A stretch of DNA of 50,212 bases, filler included, from Sphacelaria rigidula (taxonomy: Eukaryota), in NCBI GenBank assembly GCA_964200075.2. It is 3 parts of 3 records of this genome, joined end to end, with 100 filler letters (N's around TTAATTAATTAA, not from the genome) between each part and the next. Parts side by side here need not be neighbours in the genome. Positions count along the whole stretch, not along the records: positions 33,544 to 50,212 come from CAXNAA020001281.1; 2 more parts are not named here. One strand, written 5' to 3'. The notes beneath the pieces were generated by a model. That model had not been told where the DNA came from. It made no database searches and saw only the letters and a list, made by a program, of their open reading frames with translations. Shown piece by piece: positions 47,901-50,212 of this stretch. Every line of letters begins with the position of its first letter. Position 1 is the first letter of the stretch. Both the position numbers and the translations under genes were made by a program.

Positions 47901-49866
47901 AGAAGTCCCACGCAAAAAAATTCCAGGTAACCCCTGGATGCGGACGCAGAAACAAATGGGGGTGGAGGCGAGGCTGGCGGCACAGTCTCCGTCGATCACC
48001 AAGGAGAGGTTAAATCGCGGTATAATGCAGTGTCGTACACCGGACAGCTTACATGTGGCTCATTAAGGAAAGAGACAACTTCACCCAACAGGTGTCCCGC
48101 AAGTGGGTTCGTGTACCGATTACCCGGAGGCTCGGCTAGACCCCATCGCGGCAGTCATGTGGGGTAGGCGCCTCGAGCGTTCGGAAGCTTTGCTCAAGGC
48201 AAGTGTGGGGACCCCACCCACCGATTCCCCCGGTCAACTCGGGGCAGTGCACGCGTGCTCATGTTTCACGATGCCAGCTGCCTGTGCGAGTGCTAACATG
48301 GCCGGTACGAATCAGTAACTCTACGTATCGCTTGTGGTGCTCTGAACGCACGAATGCGACAACGTGCACAAAGTATGTGGCGAAGAAAAATAAGAGACAC
48401 CATACAAATCAAGGTTTTGACATCAGAAGTTGCCAGCTGAGTGGCAGATAGTGTCTATCCGGCTTAGAGAGTACACCTGGGCCACCTAGTAGCTCCTGCG
48501 GAGTGGGCGTGGCGTCCTATTGTAGAGCAATTCTGCTGTCTCTTAGCGAGATCTTGGATCACCCACTTGCCTCTGGATCGTCCGGGTGAAATTTGACGGC
48601 AAAGACGCGGTTAGAGTGACCGGCGGCCGAACTCGTCCCGTATCCGCTGCCGCCCTGCAGCGTGGCTATCTCGTGCTTCGTTGTTTCGTCGTAAATGTGC
48701 ACCTTCAGTTTTATTCGGTTGCATCCAACAAACGTTCCAGATCACGACTAATTAGTAGGAAGTTCACGGCGTCTCACTCAGTGTTGCACCGAGGTCGCCT
48801 TGTTTTGGGCTGGACTCAGGTGAGCTACCAAAAGCGTCACGTGTAGTCGGGTGAAGGGACGTCAGGGTATTATAGCCTGTATCATCACTCGCCCCGACAA
48901 GCCGGGGATATGACACTGGGCTCCCACAGAGAAACCTCAGAAAATGGCGTAAATCCATCCATGAGTCATGCTACGATAGGGAGGGGAGGGGGGGGGATTT
49001 TCGACCATTTCTTCCACGAAATATAACTTTCAATCGTCGCTGAAGGCAGCAATAGTTGTTCGAACGCCCTTGTTACCAATAAATAATGCACATTCATACT
49101 GCTTGGCACCGTTTTGATCCAGATACGAGCGCACCGCGAGCGTGTCAGGTCGTCAGACACACCTATGAGTCATTTTTCTCGTGGAATCAAACACCTTCCA
49201 CCCTATTGTAGCATGACTCCCACCTACTAACTGTGGCACATCGCGGCGACCGGAACACCCGTGTCTCACAAAACTCCGGGACACATCAACACGTCGGCCC
49301 TCCGTAGGTGTGTTCACAGATGTGTGCTTGTAGCAGGCACAAAACCACTCACTGTGTGATTTTTCCCTGTAGCTGCGAAGATGCTTCCGTCGGGACGATA
49401 GTCAAGAGCGTAGAACTGGTCATCCTCCGTGATGGTGCTTAAGCACTTGCCTACGTGGAGATAATGGTTTTGGAGTACAGTATCCAACCGAAGATAAGGG
49501 AGTGTTACGAAGTCTTTCAAGCTGAGATGGTGCCCACTTTATCATACTGTAGTACGCAGCACAAGAATTCTACGCCATGGGTATCGGCGGACGGCTAATC
49601 TCGCAAAAACCATGTCCAGCGCAGAGGCTCGCCTACGGTTGGGAGCTGTCGAACAAGATAGCTTTGTCAGATTCGCGGCCCCAGCGAGTGAATAGTGTAT
49701 TCCCGGCCAGGCTGTAGGCAAACGTGTCAGCGGGGTTCGGCTGATACATACCTGATGTTATGTGCCAGTGCTGAATTTCCCCAGCGGCGTTGCACGACAC
49801 CAAAACGTTTCGGGTCTTGCCCTGGGTCCCGGCTGGACGAAATCGCAGGGATGTTACCGGCAAAGA
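44948..49866 (-). CDS. WD40-repeat protein, 3' eight exons (5' end beyond the window)
   Basis: Exons 49866-49752, 49450-49353, 48702-48571, 47789-47650, 46809-46725, 46095-45997, 45737-45645 and 45031-44948 splice in frame. They give WD motifs PVTSLRFRP..IQHWH, FYALDYRPDGSIFAATGKNHTVHIYD, GHSNRVFAVKFHPDDPEVLLTGGWDNTIQYWD, ILTGSWRPNTPLEIWD and VAVAGGDASVRIID. Confidence 0.9.
48963..49219. mobile_element. 257-bp MITE with GAG...CTC termini in a WD40-gene intron
   Basis: TIR GAGTCATGCTACGATAGGG / CCCTATTGTAGCATGACTC, with flanks CCAT / CCAC (possible 4-bp TSD). Relatives at 16445-16673 and 16841-17083. Confidence 0.75.
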
Positions 49867-50212
49867 CTGACCAGAACATAACGGCGGCAACAAGCGATAA
49901 ATAGGACGAATGGGTAACACTAACAAGAATCCGCTAGACACAAAACTTCCTGCGACTTCAATAAGGAAGTCTGTATTCATATATGCACAGCCGCACAAAG
50001 AGTGATCTTTCACCGGCTTGACGGAAGGGGACTGCATACACCATTCGTCGTCGAGAGAAATTTCACGTACATCAGGTATCGTGTGTGGGGCAGACCCCAA
50101 CGCATCGGCTTGGCTTATTGGGCGAAAATGGTACTATGTTTGACTTTCGGGCAAATGCCACGTACCACGGAAACTTTCCTTGTGCCAAAGAAGTCAGCTG
50201 TTGTACATGGGG

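Overview
This is eukaryotic, intron-rich genomic DNA, most likely from a brown alga or related stramenopile. That assignment is inferred from the gene architecture and repeat types, not from a database hit. Host genes: (1) exon 1 of a VPS4-type AAA-ATPase (MIT domain, minus strand; the rest lies left of the window); (2) a large spliced hypothetical protein with a B-box zinc finger (6433-13007, +); (3) a weakly supported minus-strand gene (30864-33872); (4) a six-exon IQ-motif/coiled-coil protein (34391-44026, +); (5) the 3' eight exons of a WD40-repeat gene (44948-49866, -), which needs two consecutive GC-AG introns. About 13-33 kb is a dense nest of transposon relics: a decayed DIRS/Ngaro-like retroelement, two tRNA-derived SINEs, TA-flanked Tc1/mariner-like non-autonomous elements, a TAA-flanked PIF/Harbinger MITE plus a related element end carrying an orphan ORF, and several other MITE families. 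The most unusual structure is a ~4.2 kb foldback (about 23.7-27.9 kb). Its right arm alone received three insertions of a TGT...ACA, 4-bp-TSD (Ginger-like) family whose short members carry telomere-like TTAGGG repeats, and the nesting gives a T-shaped A-B-B'-C-C'-A' inverted repeat. Two 100-bp N gaps contain an artificial TTAATTAATTAA linker, so contiguity across them is not assured. I found no CRISPR array, rRNA or true tRNA, and I cannot demonstrate a wholly new biological system. All alignments were done by eye.
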